Assembly: GCA_964016885.1 (NCBI GenBank)
Contig: OZ024750.1
Span: 48,112,001-48,176,000, forward strand
Length of the DNA: 64,000 nucleotides
Source of the DNA: Eledone cirrhosa
Taxonomy: Eukaryota
Direction of reading: 5' to 3'
Shown: piece by piece, positions 32,140 to 47,000 of the stretch
Numbering within the stretch: the first letter of the stretch is position 1
Layout of the letters: each line of letters opens with the position of its first letter
Position numbers and translations under genes: made by a program
Notes under the pieces: generated by a model
Told to the model about the DNA's origin: nothing
What the model saw: only the letters and a program-made list of their open reading frames with translations
The model's database searches: none

Positions 32140-33760
32140 GGACAAATTAGCAAACATATACTTGACAGGGTAATAACTCAATTGAAAAAGAAAATGTGAA
32201 TTAAATTGTAGGCAACACTAGAGAAGCAATTCGCTAGTTTAATAACGTTAAGAACAAGAGTAAGTCTAAGTTTATACAATTCGACATAGACGTATACTAC
32301 TCTTCAATCTCACCCAGTACTTTATGTAATGCCCCATCGTTTGCCAAAGTCAATTTCGACCTAACGGGGGACGAAATTAATATTATTCTAGAGGCTAGGA
32401 AAACTATTATCAAGTTTGATAACTGCTACTGGGAACGTAGGGACAGGCCCACAAACTTCGAGATCACCATGGGCTCTAAGAACTCAGCGGAGGTCACGGA
32501 TCTTGTGGGAATTGACATACTACATGGAAAAATTAGTAATCTACAGGGGGGGAATATATAGAGATGACGCGCTTTTATTAGTTAATAACTTAAATAACCA
32601 AAATCTTGAAAGGCAACGGAAAAACATTAGAAAATATTTTAGTGAACTGGGTCTAAAGATAACGTACGAATACAATCTTTAAGTGGTGAATGTTCTAGAT
32701 GTAACTCTTAATTTGAATACTGAACTGATACGACCCTTCTACAAGATAAATGAGAACCTTACCTATATTAATTTTAACTCGAATCACCCACATTCCATGA
32801 TCAAATCGGTTCCCCGTAGTATTTCTCTCAGAATCTCCCACCTATCGTCTAACTCTGAGATGTTCAGTGAACATGCTGAATATTATAATAACGCATTAAG
32901 GAATGCCGACCACCGGGATAACATAGAATATAATTGATAAGAATCACCATAACACACATAGCTACACACGAAATAAAAGAATATGTACAGAAATACAAGC
33001 GCACACATGCAGTACCACCAGATATAATAGTAATAGAAAATCATCACCAAACTCAAATAAATTACGTTGAGTATAATCTCATTTTTAATGCTTCGATTAG
33101 TACAAAACTATCTCTTACATTCTTTAAGTTAATTAACAAACATTTCCCAAGTTCCCATGAATACATTAATATTCTAAACTATAAGACTATTAAGCTATCA
33201 TACTCCACTACACCAAACCTTGAAGCATACATTAAACAACAAACTTAACTTAAAGCAATTATTAAACAACACTACAAAACAAAATATTTTAGTAACAGAT
33301 GAGCATAACGTAATATCGGCCTCCCAAACACCAAATGGGAGACGAGTATTACACAACCCACCTCTCCATGGTACACCTGCTGCCCACAACAAAAACTGCA
33401 ACTGCCACCTACCCTAATGATGCCCATTGAAGAATAAATGCCTAGAGTCCAACATTGTTTATCAATGCACTGTCGAATCGAACGACCAGAAATGGTATTA
33501 CATCGGGTCTACAACTATCTCCTTTAAATGTCGCTGGTATCGTCTCGATTTTCGATTAAACATCCTAAACGCCGTCTTATGACTACGCTCGGCAATAAGA
33601 CCTGGCAACTCCGTGAATACAACCGGCAGTTCACCTTTAAATGGGATAAACTATCCAGCGCTATTGCATATCGGAGTGGATTGAAGGACTGCAGATTATG
33701 CAACCTCTCTTATATCTTAAAATCCAAAAATAAATTACTAAATGACAGAATCGAACGATC
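32140..33760 (+). pseudogene. PLE RT + GIY-YIG remnant (multiple stops and frameshifts)
   Basis: IQFDID..Y, IYRDDAL, LDVTLNL, SNHPHSMIKSVP.SIS.RIS.LSS, CNC..CP..CLESNIVYQCTV..YIGST, CRLCNL. Confidence 0.85.
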
Positions 33761-33925
33761 GTTTGGCAGTATCGTAATAGGGTTGGACGCTATGCTTTCT
33801 AGCATAGTTAGGTCCCTTTGCAGTCTGAGTTCAAATACCGCCGAGGTTAACTTACGGGGTCGATAAAATAAAGTATCAGTAATGTACTGGGTAATTGTTG
33901 ACCTTGTGCCTAAAGTAGACACAGT
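33760..33925 (+). mobile_element. tRNA-derived SINE inserted in the PLE 3' end
   Basis: Family match with internal deletion; absent from the inverted arm. Confidence 0.8.
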
Positions 33926-34512
33926 TATACTACAACCACAAACTGAAGGCCAAATTCTCTCACTATAAAATAATTTAACATTCGAACCCGAGACTACAAC
34001 ATCGCTTTCTCGCTACCTAATTACTATTGCCTAACTATACCCCCCCCCCACACACACAGACTACGAGACAATACCCTGCTTATCATTATATATGGATACT
34101 TGAGTGTGATTTGTAGACTACAGCTATGAACTTGCTGTACCCCCATCTCGTAGTCTGCCCCCTCTCTATCTCTCTTTCTTCCTCTCTCTCCATTCCTCTC
34201 TCTCTCTCGCTCTTTCTGTCTCCCTCAACACGAAGCCTAAGGTTGTCTCTGAGAATAAACAATATAATAAAACCCCTGCAACAAATGTTTGATTAAGCTA
34301 TCTGTATTCTTCAAACCACTCTCTCCCATTTCTCCAACCCATACATCTCTCTCTCTCTCTCTCTCTCTCGGATTTTCCCTGTCTCTCTCTCTATCTTTCT
34401 CTATATATATATCTCTATCTCTCTCCTCCCTTCTTTCTCTCTTCCTGTTCTACTCGATCTTCCCCAATAACTTCCTTTAAGAAATACAAGGTTATTTTCA
34501 TTTTAACCATTA

Positions 34513-34635
34513 TGCTCTGAGGAAACGGTAGAAGCAGCATTTGAAAATTGAGTTTCTGCAAATAATTACAAATAATTACCAATTTGCACATAGCATGACT
34601 AGGTTGTATAACTACTGTAGAAACATTTGTAAGCA
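34513..34635 (+). ncRNA. Type I hammerhead ribozyme with about 95-nt stem/loop II (mirror copy at 31346-31468, - strand)
   Basis: tgct-CTGAGGA-a-acggtag...ctactgt-a-GAAAC-attt-GTA-agca. Confidence 0.72.
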
Positions 34636-34842
34636 CTCGGATTAAATTACCTTTTTTATGATGTCTACCTGTTATTATTCATTCTTTATCTTCACACCGA
34701 AATACAGAAGGATCAGAAATTGAGTTTCTTCAACTATACTTCCATGGCTCGTTGAGTAACCCCTCACCGTACGTCAACTCTATCTAGTGTATTAATTAAC
34801 CACTACTGCATTCAGGATAATCCTAAGCATTTCTTGCATAAC

Positions 34843-34905
<63 letters not shown>

Positions 34906-35521
34906 GTGTGGGTCCGTGTACGTGTTCGTGTGTGTATATATCTGTGTATGCATGTACCAATATATGAGGGTGTGAATATATGCATGTGAACGTGTATGCC
35001 CACCTACGTGCTCTTACGTGCTGGGGTGGTGTGTATGCTGGTCTAGGAGCAGGCTAAGGTCATGCAAGACATATCAGAAGCCCCTGCCCACGTAGCCGTA
35101 ATTCTGGTGACAGAATTAAGGTGAGTGGCAGCCCACACCTGAATGGAAATGGACAATGGGCAGTTTTGAATAGTCAAAAATACTGATGACGTATCGAACT
35201 CCTGACCAGATCATGGGCCGCGTAAACAGGATTATGGCAGATGAAGGAAATTCAAATGGACGGAGTACAAAAGACAGAAGATTTGCTTCGAAGTCGGTAG
35301 ACGTATCTGAGGAACTTGCCAATCCAGATTCAGGTTCGATCCACAAATAGATCGCATCTCGATATGTTCGACGGGGTAACAATTGTAATACGTTCATAAA
35401 TTGTGTTTTGATGCTTCACTGATTCGTCGTTTTGCATATTATTTTACTCTTCCCTGAAGGAACATAGATTGCTCAACCGGCATACGGCCTATGGACAGTT
35501 CCAAGCAAATATACTGCGAAC

Positions 35522-35624
<103 letters not shown>

Positions 35625-35920
35625 GTGTGTGTGTATATATATATATATATATAATTCGTTTTTCAAATTTGTTTTGCGAGATTTCATATCTGAAAACGTG
35701 TGTTGAAACAAATATTGTTATACTTGGGGAAGACCATGTTGCCAATAAAGACGCACGCACCAGTTGGATTCAAACACCTAGTCATTGAGGAGGTCACAAA
35801 ATGTGTGACAAAAGGCCGTTGGCAATGTATAAGCAACCTTCCTGTTATCGAACCAACCAACCGGAAATTTATAATACATGGAAGTGAAAACCACTGGAAA
35901 CATGACCCTCCAAAATATAA

Positions 35921-36001
<81 letters not shown>

Positions 36002-36183
36002 TTTAACAATATATATAAATATATATATAACAATATATAAATATATATATATGTAGAGGTTATATTTAATTTGTTGGGACATAACAAGCAAACTATTTTT
36101 ATAACTGATATAAAGCAGTCAACAAATTAATTGCAGTAAATATACAATATACAATATACAATATACAATATATTAACAAATGG

Positions 36184-36230
<47 letters not shown>

Positions 36231-36527
36231 AATACAATAAATAAATACAATATCCGGCCAAATTCCAACTCACTCAACAAACATTAGGAAATAAGTGATT
36301 ATATTCCCAATTATGTGTTCGGGGTGCTAACTAAAAGTATTGCATGGAAAATTGGCTGTATTATTTTAAATGAGACATATCTAATATTTCTCTTCCCAGA
36401 CGGACGTCTTGTTTCATTACAGGATCCCTACAATTTGGGTGAAATTATAACAATTTATGTAGGAGCTTGTATACCATCAATAGATATATATTCAAGTGGG
36501 CTCCTATAATTCATCATTGGTTGCCCC

Positions 36528-36624
<97 letters not shown>

Positions 36625-37591
36625 TCTGTGTGTATGTGTGTGTGTGTGTAAACCTAAACGAGAATTAGAGAAACAAACGATACAGTACAATGGATAAATA
36701 TATTATTAGTTTCACGCTTGATATACCAGAGAAAGAAATGAGAAATAAAAAAAAGGAAACAGAAAGAATGAGGAGACGGTGAGTAGCGGAAACAAAAAAA
36801 ATATATATATATAAAAATAATCCTTCATTCATCTCGCCATCTCTAGGAAAACTGTCGAAAATGGCGTCTTGTGCCACGTAAACTTGTTTTAAAAGGTGGT
36901 GATCGGGCGCATCTTTTGAACAGGTATAACAACCGTTTTGTGTATAGAGCTGTATGCGTGAACGCGCATATATATGTCTGTGTGTTTGTATACCATAGTA
37001 CGGAGATGATATGCGTGTATAAGTATAAGGGTTGGCGTGTGTTTGTAAGTAAGAAGCTATGAGCATATGTGTGTGTATATAAGTGTGTGTATGTGTGTGT
37101 TATGTATTGGTACTTACAGAGCTTTGAAGTTTAATACGCATAGATGCATGTGTCTATAAGCTGTAATAGTGTGTGTTTCTGACCATAATGGAGCCATGCA
37201 ACCAGGGGGTGAACGTACGCGCCTGTGTGTGCCAACGGACGAGGTAAAGGTGACAGTTGCAACGGATAGAGAAGTTTGCACGAGCGAATGTGCATAAAAC
37301 TAAAGAAATTGCAGAGACTTTTTAAGGAAACTTGACAAAAGGCGGAAATCAGCCCCTGCTCTGTCCTGGTGGGCAGGTCAGGCATAAGTGATATAAAAGG
37401 ATATCGAGGGTTGAGATATGTAGAGAATAGTGACCTGGATAACGGAAGCGTCGTGTGGTGGGGTATCTATGCCGTTGTATAAGGGCCCGCATTAGTTCAC
37501 AATTTGGGCGTTCAGTTTATCGTATAAGTGAATGGCCCTAAATATTCCCAGTTCTAACGCATGCGTACAAGTATATACCAACATATTTCAT

Positions 37592-38586
37592 AACTTTTCT
37601 ACTGTTGGCACAAGGCCAGGAGCTATCATAGTGTATTACTGGTACATTATTTTATCGAACTCGTACGGATGAAAGGCAAAATTAACCTCGGTGGAATTTG
37701 AACTCAGAACAAAAAGCACCTGTAACTCTTTGCTGAGAAGCATGGCGTCCGACCCCTACCGATACTGCCAATCTACCGCATACATATTTAATAATAATGA
37801 TTTCTCATATAGGCGCAAGACCATTGATTTGGGGTAGGGTGAAGTCGAGTAATTCGACACAGTACAGTACTGGTACTTTATTTTATCGACCCTGTAATGA
37901 TGGAAGGCAAAGTTAGTCTCGGTATTTAATAATAATTGTTTCTACTTTAGGCACAAAGCCAGCAATTTCCCAGTACATTAGTGGTACTTTATTTTATCGA
38001 CCCCGTAAGGATGAAAGGCAAAGTTAACCTCGGCGGGATTTGAACTCAGAATGTAAAGGGACGTAACTATGAAGAGCGACCTAAAACACTTTTAACAAAG
38101 CAGGAGCACCGGCGATAATTATCAATTGATATATAGCAGGCGCAAGAGGAATATAAACTTCCGGTTGACGAGATATTTAATAACAAACAACACTTATGTG
38201 GATCTCATATTCAAACTGGAATATACACAATAATATATGCAATCTTAAGTTGACTCATCAAACAAGCATGATGTTACGCCAGATATATTTTAACATAGAA
38301 CTTTCATAGAACATTCATGTCAAGTTTGCTGACAAGGCGTGCATTCACAACAACAGCTATAACAACAGGAGTTCAGCAATTTATATCAGAAGAAATATAA
38401 TTGTTTCTACTTTTGGCACAAGGCCAGCAATTATGCCAGTGTATTACTGGTACTTTATTTTATCGACCCCGTAAGGATGAAAGGCAAGGTTAACATCGGC
38501 AGAATTTGAACTCAGACCATAAAGGGCCGTAACTCTCTGCTGTAAAGCATGGCGTTAGACCCTCTACCGATACTGCTAATCCACCG
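37592..38586 (-). mobile_element. Cluster of four tRNA-derived SINE copies (37592-37778, 37795-37923, 37932-38070, 38398-38586)
   Basis: Family match. Confidence 0.85.
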
Positions 38587-39459
38587 TGGATTATGTTTCG
38601 ATTTAGCGGCATCATGTTTCAAAAGAAACATAATACCACTAAATCGATTTAATTTGGGCTATAATCTTTAGTTGATGTCCTAAATTTTATTTGTTTGAAT
38701 TAATTACATAAAGCACATAAGGTATCGAAGCATGTGAGACAGAAAATAAATGTAACAGCGAACATTTATCCCGAAATCTTGCAGAAGAGAATATTCTGTA
38801 GAATACATCGGTGCGAGAGAAAGGAATTACTTTTAAGATCCGTCAAAGACAACCCGAAAGAGAGAAGAACTAATATATAGAGTTGGAAGTCTAACCTGAG
38901 ACTTTGCAGCAAAATTTAAATTGAAACATTCAATCAAGGCGCATGAAACTGCATTAAAAACAAGGTGTAGATATGTTGAGGATACACAAGATAAACTAGG
39001 ATACAGCTACTTCATTGGACTTCCTCAGCTTTTGACAATCAATATTCGCGTGCAAAACTATTAAACATGTAGCCGTCCATGTTTTTATGGACATACGCAG
39101 CAGCGAATAATGTTACTTTAAAATGTCACCCTTTCAGGCATCTGTTAGCAGTTGTCAAGGCCACGTTCAAAGCAGTTGTCACTTTATAGATGCAACTAAT
39201 TGACATTGAAGATACACGAATATCTGAAGGCATTATATTATCTTACACTTTATGTATCTGGTCTTATGCATCATCAAAAGAAAACGACTGCATGAAATCT
39301 TCAGAACTACGATATTCAATAACCTCCTCACAAAAACGCACTGTCACAGATTGTACAACGTAATACATGTGTAAACATATAACATACATGGAGTAATGCA
39401 TATTTATTTAGACACACACAGATACATATATACGTGTGTATATTTTATATATATATTTA

Positions 39460-39662
<203 letters not shown>

Positions 39663-39749
39663 CTATATATATATATATAAAAACTTCACTTTCGAATATA
39701 TATATATTTATACACACAAACACATACGCATATATGTGTGTATATTTTA

Positions 39750-39787
<38 letters not shown>

Positions 39788-39797
39788 TACTTATATT

Positions 39798-39897
<100 letters not shown>

Positions 39898-39899
39898 TA

Positions 39900-39940
<41 letters not shown>

Positions 39941-39946
<6 letters not shown>

Positions 39947-40816
39947 TATGAAGAGAGAAGAAACATTTAGATATAATTAGTAATAAAATGTATCATACGT
40001 AAACTGCTTCTAAATTCCTCGACTACGTAGTTTCATGGCATAAACAAAAACAATATATCATAAAGATATAGAGTCCTTGCGAGGTCTGCCGACTTATCAA
40101 GAGGATACCTCATTTTACTAGTCTCAAGAACGCGTCTACACGACGTGAGAAAGAATCTCAAAAGGCGGAGGGGGAGATAGTCACGCGATATAACGGTCGA
40201 GAAACAGAGCTAAGCCTCTTATAACCCCGAAGAAAATACCACGGAGGCGGAGGGGGTATTTATATCGAGGCCGTAGAAGAGGTGGTGAAGGAGGAGAGAA
40301 GTATGAGTAATGGAAGCTTCCCAGCTGTCCCCACACTTCAAAGATTGCTCGACCAGAGGGAGTTATTAACAATATATTTAGAAACACACAGATACATGCG
40401 GACACACACATATATACATGAATGCATCCGCACCCAACTGTGAGTTAAGGGTGCCAACTTCACCGATGTTGCTCAATGAATGACTGGGACAGACCAATTC
40501 AGTTGAACTAGACTGAACCAGTATCAGAGTTAAAAATACATTATGAAGAGAGAAGAAACATTTAGATATAATTAGTAATAAAATGTATCATACCTAAACT
40601 GCTTCTAAATTCCTCGACTACGTAGTTTCGTGGCATAAACAAAAAACAATATATCATAAAGATATAGAGTCCTTGCGAGGTCTGCCGACTTATGAAGAGG
40701 ATACCTCATTTTACTAGTCTCAAGAACGCGTCTACACGACGTGAGAAAGAGTCCCAAAAGGCGGAGTGTCCGCATGTATCCCAAAAGGTGTGTGTCCGCA
40801 TGTATCTGTGTGTTTC

Positions 40817-40825
<9 letters not shown>
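39941..40825 (-). repeat. Partial tandem (about 595-bp period; 39941-40170 / 40536-40766) with an HHR in each copy
   Basis: Near-identical direct repeats; short inverted end 40790-40825 vs 40373-40410. Confidence 0.75.
40016..40105 (-). ncRNA. Type I hammerhead ribozyme, U3:A8 variant (second copy at 40611-40701 has G5>C)
   Basis: tcctc-TTGATAA-gtcggca...tgccat-GAAAC-tacgta-GTC-gagga. Confidence 0.7.
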
Positions 40826-40858
<33 letters not shown>

Positions 40859-42559
40859 AAAAAAATATACACACATATATGCGTATGCGTGTGTTTGTAT
40901 ATATATATATATATATTCTAGAAAGTGCGGTTTTTTTCAACGAAATGAAAAATAACCGAGGTGTCCTACACGAGTGGAAGTATAAGGAAAAAAGATGAAA
41001 TCGAAAATGCAACTGGAGTCTTTTTTTTTTAAATATATATCCATTTAGTTCCTTTACCGGTTTCGCAGTTCTTCTGCTTTTCAAAAGAAGAGGTGAGATT
41101 GAGATTCTGTGGTTTTTCTCACATCTGGTTGGTCTTTGAATGTTACTTCTGTTTTATATGGAAAAAAGTGGCTCGAAATGCCAGGATTTCAGAGAAGTAA
41201 TTTCGTTGGTTGGTGAATAAGTATAATAAATTTCGCTCCAGTTCACGTTACAAAGTTCTTATTATATTTGCCTTCAACAAGTGTGTGTGTGTGGGGGGGG
41301 GGGGGGGGGGGGGATCATGTTGTTTTTTTCATATATGAGTGAAGTTTGGTTGGTTGATGCAGTCATGGGAATAAGCACATCAGCTTTTGCGCTAGTTTGT
41401 GTTTGACATTTTTTATACTTAAAAAAAAGGCTCACGAAAGCTTATTTTTATGAATGTTATTTGATTTGTTATAAATGAAATTTACACTGTCAGTGAACAT
41501 GTACATAAAATTTCGCGCCCGTATTTTGGAATATATTTTGTAGCCTTTTAGAGAATGTTGTGTCAAACAAAACATAATGGTCACGAGAAATAGAATGGGG
41601 AGATTGTTCTGGATCAGTGAATATGACTGGTGCGCTGGGGTGTTAGAAAGTAGAGATATGTATGCTTATTTGTATTTGTGTGTGTGTGTGTGTGTGTAGG
41701 AAGAAGATTATACTAGTATACATGGGGGAGTAGTTGTGTGTGTATGGGTGTTATGTGTGTGTGTGTGTGTGCGTGTGGGGGAGTATGGTTACCATGTTAA
41801 GATTGAGAGAATAAATATGTTGTGTGCGTGTGTGGGAAAATGATTCTATTAGTAGACATGGAGGAGGGAGTTGTGTGTCTGTGCGTATGGGTGTTATGTG
41901 TGTGTGGGAGTATGGTAGCATGTTAAGTTGGAGAGAATATATAGTTTGCATGTGTGTGTGTGTGTTGGAAAATGATTCCGTTAGTTCTGGTTTTTATTTT
42001 CTAAAGGAGAAAGTGTTATGTGTGTGTCTGTTTGGATGGTTAGCATGTTATGGCGTTGAAATAATGTATATTAAGCTATATTGAATGCTTGTCTATATTT
42101 TTGAATAAACATATTTTCCTTATTTATTCGTATTTATTCTGTTGTATTGTCAGCGCAAATATAAAATGGGAAGACTTGGAATGTTGGTGTCTTATTACTT
42201 ACGCATATGTCTAGATGTGCACCTAATGGTATCTGTCTCGTGGATGGATCTCGTAATTGTTGGCGATGAACTGCCATTCTGGTTCTGAGAGTGAGTTTAG
42301 TTTGTCCTATATAATCTTCATTGACCTTTACATTTAATTGCATGAATTAAATTTGTTGATGAGCAAGTGAAATGAGTTTTTACTGCAACATTTTTTCCTG
42401 ATTTAAATGTATACATGTTGCCTTCAATGAGGTGAGTGCAGGTTCCACAATTAAAGCGACCACATTCTTTTGAAATTCGATGTGGGTTTGTGGTAGGTAA
42501 TTTGGCGTTGGTGAGTAATGCTTTTAGTGATTTCGGCCAGGCAGACATATATGAAAAGT

Positions 42560-45500
42560 GCCTAAACTCGACACCAATCATCCTCCCAGAAAAGTCCAAA
42601 TAAAACCTATCCCGAATGAACTAGAAAACCAACAATAACTTAGGGAAAAAGATGGCGTTAAAAAGGTTTAAAATAGAAATAAAACTGTTGTGGTTTAGAG
42701 CCACCTGCAACGAAGAAAAATTAAAGTCACTCAACCAACAGATGGTAACAGAAATCTCAAGGAACTCTGAAGGCCTATTCTATGAAAAAAGCTTAATACT
42801 TTCGAAAGAAAATTATGAGGATGAAGAACTAACATCCCTCCAGCGATGTGAAAAAAACTCCACCTCTTTCAACAACTACGAAATGGATTTTAAAAATGAA
42901 CAACATACGGGTAACCATTTTTAAAACAAACTAAAACTCACACACCACTCGCACAACAAATAACAAAAAAAAGTAACAAAACGTCCAACATAGCCCCAGA
43001 AAACTATGACGATAATTCCAGAACCCATACCTAAAACTATAACCCTACTAACAAAAACCGAATGTCCTCCAACACAAGACAGGACCCGATCCGCAGATCA
43101 CAACCTGCATAAAACCTATTCCAAAACCGTTGACCCCAACCCAGACAGAACCTGTTCCAAAATCGTATATCCCAACCCACACAAAGAACACAATCTACAA
43201 CCAATCAACAAACCAAACCTCAATACGTCCGAAACTTCTATACAAAATCGCACAACAACAGGGCAAATACCATTAGATATAATAATACCCTTGAAAAAAT
43301 AATTAAGAAAAATCATTTTTTAGACCAAGGCTACAGGACCCACGACACCCCGTTGCAGAAACCGATTTTGAAAAACCGAAAATAATCAACCTTTCAAATA
43401 CAAACTTCTCAGTCCAACAAATTAAAATTCTCTCCAAAGGAGTGAAATTCACACCAACCCCACAATACTTTAACCTCAATGAGATAAATGACGATATATC
43501 ACACATCTGTAGAAAATTACGTCTCACAGAGGAAATTTTGACAAGGAGAATAACGACCAATCAATTGAACGGAATAAAAGCAGTTGCAACCCAACAAAAG
43601 GTAAAAAGAGAGTTCTGGACAAATTTAGTGAACACATTGCAACTTTTCCATACCATGAACTACCGCAACCTAAGGCCAAACCCAACGTGAGTCGAAGGGA
43701 ATGGGAGATTATTCCTTGAACTATAAAACAATACGGACATTATAATTAAGGAAGCGGACAAGGGAAGTACTGTCGTCATTATGGATGCTGAAAAATATAA
43801 AAATGTTATGTTCTCTCTCTATGAAAGAGTAAAAAACTACCAGCAACCAAAAACGATGACCAGATTAAACACATTCATTTGTCGATACCAGGAAGACTTA
43901 ACTAAAAAGGGAAGTAATTATTTAACACATTTTGAATACAAAATCAGCAACCTTTAAGGATTTCTGAAGATCAACAAGTGTAAAATAATTAACGATGCCT
44001 GTAAATAAGCCACCTCAACCTACGTGAACACACAATACCCCACATACCTTAAATTAAGAACAATTGTAGCGGGCCCACAATTTGAAACACACACACTAAG
44101 CAACTTTATAGACATACTACTAAAACCAATTCTTAAACACATACCAATCCTTGTAAGAGACGATCAGGAACTCTTAAACCACATCCCCAAACATGTCAAC
44201 AACGACATTATTAATGTGTCTTTCGATGTATTGAATCTCTACACAAAGATCCCACACCAATATGCACTAGAAGCAATAGGATTCTGGCTAGAGAAATATC
44301 CCAATGAGATACCTGGCAGAATAGAAAAAAGCTTCGTCACAGAGGCATTAACATTTATTTTACAGAACAACGTTTTTGATTTCGATGGCAGTACTTACAA
44401 GCAAATATCGGGGACTGCGTTGGGTACAAAAGCCGCTCCAACTTATGCCAACTTAGTCATGGCATACTTGGAAGTCCAGATATATGAACAGTCCAAATCA
44501 AAATGCCGATTGAATTCCACAAATATTTATCAGATAATTGGAAACGCTACTTGGATGATCGTCTCATTTTTGGTCTCAAACACTCGACCAACTAAATAAT
44601 TTCAAAAATCTAATTAACGGCATCACAACTCCCATTTTTGGACATCTTAACCTTAAAAAGAGACACAAATATTGAAACTCACATACACTACAAACCAAGA
44701 GAATCCAAACAATATCTGCTATTCACCTCTAACCATCCAAAGCACACGAAGACGAACATCCATTTTAAAATAGCAAGAAGAATTTGCATAATTGTCTCCA
44801 ATTATGAAACGCGAAATAAAAGACTTCAAGAATTACAGGAAATTCTACTCGAAAGATAGTACCCACCTTCACTAATAAATAATGGAATAGAAAAGGCTAA
44901 AGCAATAAGCATTGATGAATTACGAAGACAGAAGCAAATTCAAGGTACGTCCAATATTCTATCTTATATCTCAACACACAACCCAAGAAATGCGGAAGCT
45001 TAAAACACTATTCACAATAACACCCCACTGTTGAAACAAGACCCAAGAAAGAAAATAGCCCTTGAAACACACAAAATAATCAAAAGAAAAATACAACCGA
45101 AGTCACTAACAACATTACTCACCAATGCCAAATTACCTACCACAAACTCACTACCAACTGTCAAAAAATGTGGTCGCTCTAATTGTGGAATCTGCACTCA
45201 CCTCATTGAAGGCAACACGTATACATTTCAATCAGGACAACATTTTGCTGTAAACAATCACTTCACTTACTCATCAAAAAATCTAATTTATGCAATTAAA
45301 TGTAAAGGTCAATGAAGATTATATAGGACAAATTAAACTCACACTCAAAAACAGAATGACAGTTCATCGCCAACAATTAAGATATCCAACCACGGGACAG
45401 ATACCACAAAGTGCACATCTAGACATGCGCAAGTAGTAAGACACCCAATTTCCAAGTCTTCCCATGTTATCTTTGCGCTGACAATACAACAGAACAAATA

Positions 45501-45560
45501 GGAATAAATAAGCAAAATATATTTATTCAAAAAATAGACCAACATTAAATATAGATTAAT
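42560..45560 (+). pseudogene. PLE RT + GIY-YIG, fragmented
   Basis: INLS..LSKG.KFTPTP, IIKEADKG, VSFDVLNLYTKIP, GTALGTKAAPTYANL, WKRYLDD, SNHPKHTK.NI, CGRSNCGIC, NLIYAIKC..YIGQ. Confidence 0.88.
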
Positions 45561-46580
45561 ATACATTATGTCAACACCATAACATGCTTACCATCCAAAC
45601 AGACACATACATACACACACACACACAAAATATATATGTTCTCTCCGTCTTAACATATTAACCATACTCCCACACACGCAAATACAGATATAACACTGAT
45701 ACATACTCATATAACACCCATACACACACACACAACTGCCTCTCCCCTTTCTAATTATAGAATCATGTTCCTACTCAAACACACATGCAAAATATATATA
45801 TTCTCTCCATCTTAACATGTTAACCATACACGCACACACACACACACATAAACACACACATAACATCCATACACACACAATTCCCTCTCCCATTTCTACT
45901 AATAGAAGCATCCTCCTACACACACACACACACATACAAATTAACATACCTATCTCTACTTTCTTTAATTCAATAGAAAGTCTGAATTCTGACACCCCAG
46001 GGAACCAGCCATATTCACTGATACAGAACAATTCTCCCCACCCCATTTTTCTTGACCATTATCTTTTTTTTGGCACAACATTCTCTATAAGGCTACAAAA
46101 TAAATTCCAAAATACGGGCGCGAAATTTAATGTACTTGTTCACGTGAAAGAAATAATTTCATCTATAACCAATCGAATTACATTGATAAAAAAAAAGCCT
46201 TCGTGAGCCCCAAACTGACTTAAAAGCTGATGTGCATCAACCAACCAAACTTCACTCATATATGAACACACAACCTGAGCTCCCACCCCTCGTTTGAAGG
46301 CAAATATAATAAGAGCTTTGTAACGCGAACTGGCGCGACGTTTATTATATGTATTCATTAACCAACCAAATTACTTCTCTAAAAACCTGGCATTTCGATC
46401 CACTTTTTTTCCATATAAAACAAGTAACATTCAAAGACCAACCAGATGTGAGAAAAACCACAAACCCTCCATCTCAATTCTACTTTTCAAAAGCAGAAAA
46501 ACTGGCAAACCGGTAAAGGAACCAAATAAATGTATATTTAAAAAAAAAGACTCCAGTTGCATTTTCGATTTCATCTGTTC

Positions 46581-46650
<70 letters not shown>

Positions 46651-46779
46651 AAAAAGAGATGAAATCGAAAATGCAACTGGAGTCTTATTTTCTTTTTAAA
46701 TATATATATTTATTTGGTTTCTTTGCCGGTTTCGCAGTTCGAGATGTGAGAAAAACCACAGACCCTCCATCTCAACTCA

Positions 46780-46817
46780 CCTTTTGAAAAGCAGAAGAAC
46801 TGCGAAACCGGTAAAGG
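46780..46817 (+). ncRNA. Minimal type I hammerhead ribozyme, U3:A8 variant (mirror at 41051-41087; decayed copy at about 46483-46519)
   Basis: cctt-TTGAAAA-gcag-aagaa-ctgc-GAAAC-cg-GTA-aagg, then AATAAA. Confidence 0.8.
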
Positions 46818-46957
46818 AACCAAATAAATATATATATTTAAAAAAAAAATAAGACTCCAGTTGCATTTTCGATTTCATCTCCTTTTCTTTATACTTTCAC
46901 TCGTGTAGAACACCTCGGTTATTTTTCAATTTGTAAAAAAAACCTCACTTTCTAATA

Positions 46958-46988
<31 letters not shown>

Positions 46989-47000
46989 CATTATCTATAA

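Larger units (their letters stand above)
31295..34845 (+). mobile_element. Penelope-like element with inverted 5' pLTR (31295-32100) and 3' pLTR (33925-34685) plus tail
   Basis: About 750-bp inverted repeats flanking RT/GIY-YIG remnants, an HHR in each arm, (TA)n flanks. Confidence 0.85.
40915..46955 (+). mobile_element. Penelope-like element (Neptune-like) with about 1.5-kb inverted copy of its 3' end (40990-42540 vs 45100-46580)
   Basis: RT/GIY-YIG remnants, long inverted repeat, HHR-bearing pLTR ends. Confidence 0.88.

Noticed and set aside
35150-35450. Host exon or RTE-LINE 5' fragment (MADEGNSNGRSTKDRRF...)
   Set aside because: Only a vague resemblance from memory, with no diagnostic motif; needs BLAST.
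36868-36930. Decayed HHR on the - strand
   Set aside because: Too many core mismatches to support.
38600-39360. Possible host exons in non-repetitive-looking sequence (also 2780-3000 and 62050-62760)
   Set aside because: No convincing ORF, motif or splice-site pair could be established by eye.
45301-45320. Selenocysteine TGA in the PLE endonuclease
   Set aside because: The TGA arises from a frameshift; the protein motif continues in another frame, and no SECIS was identified.
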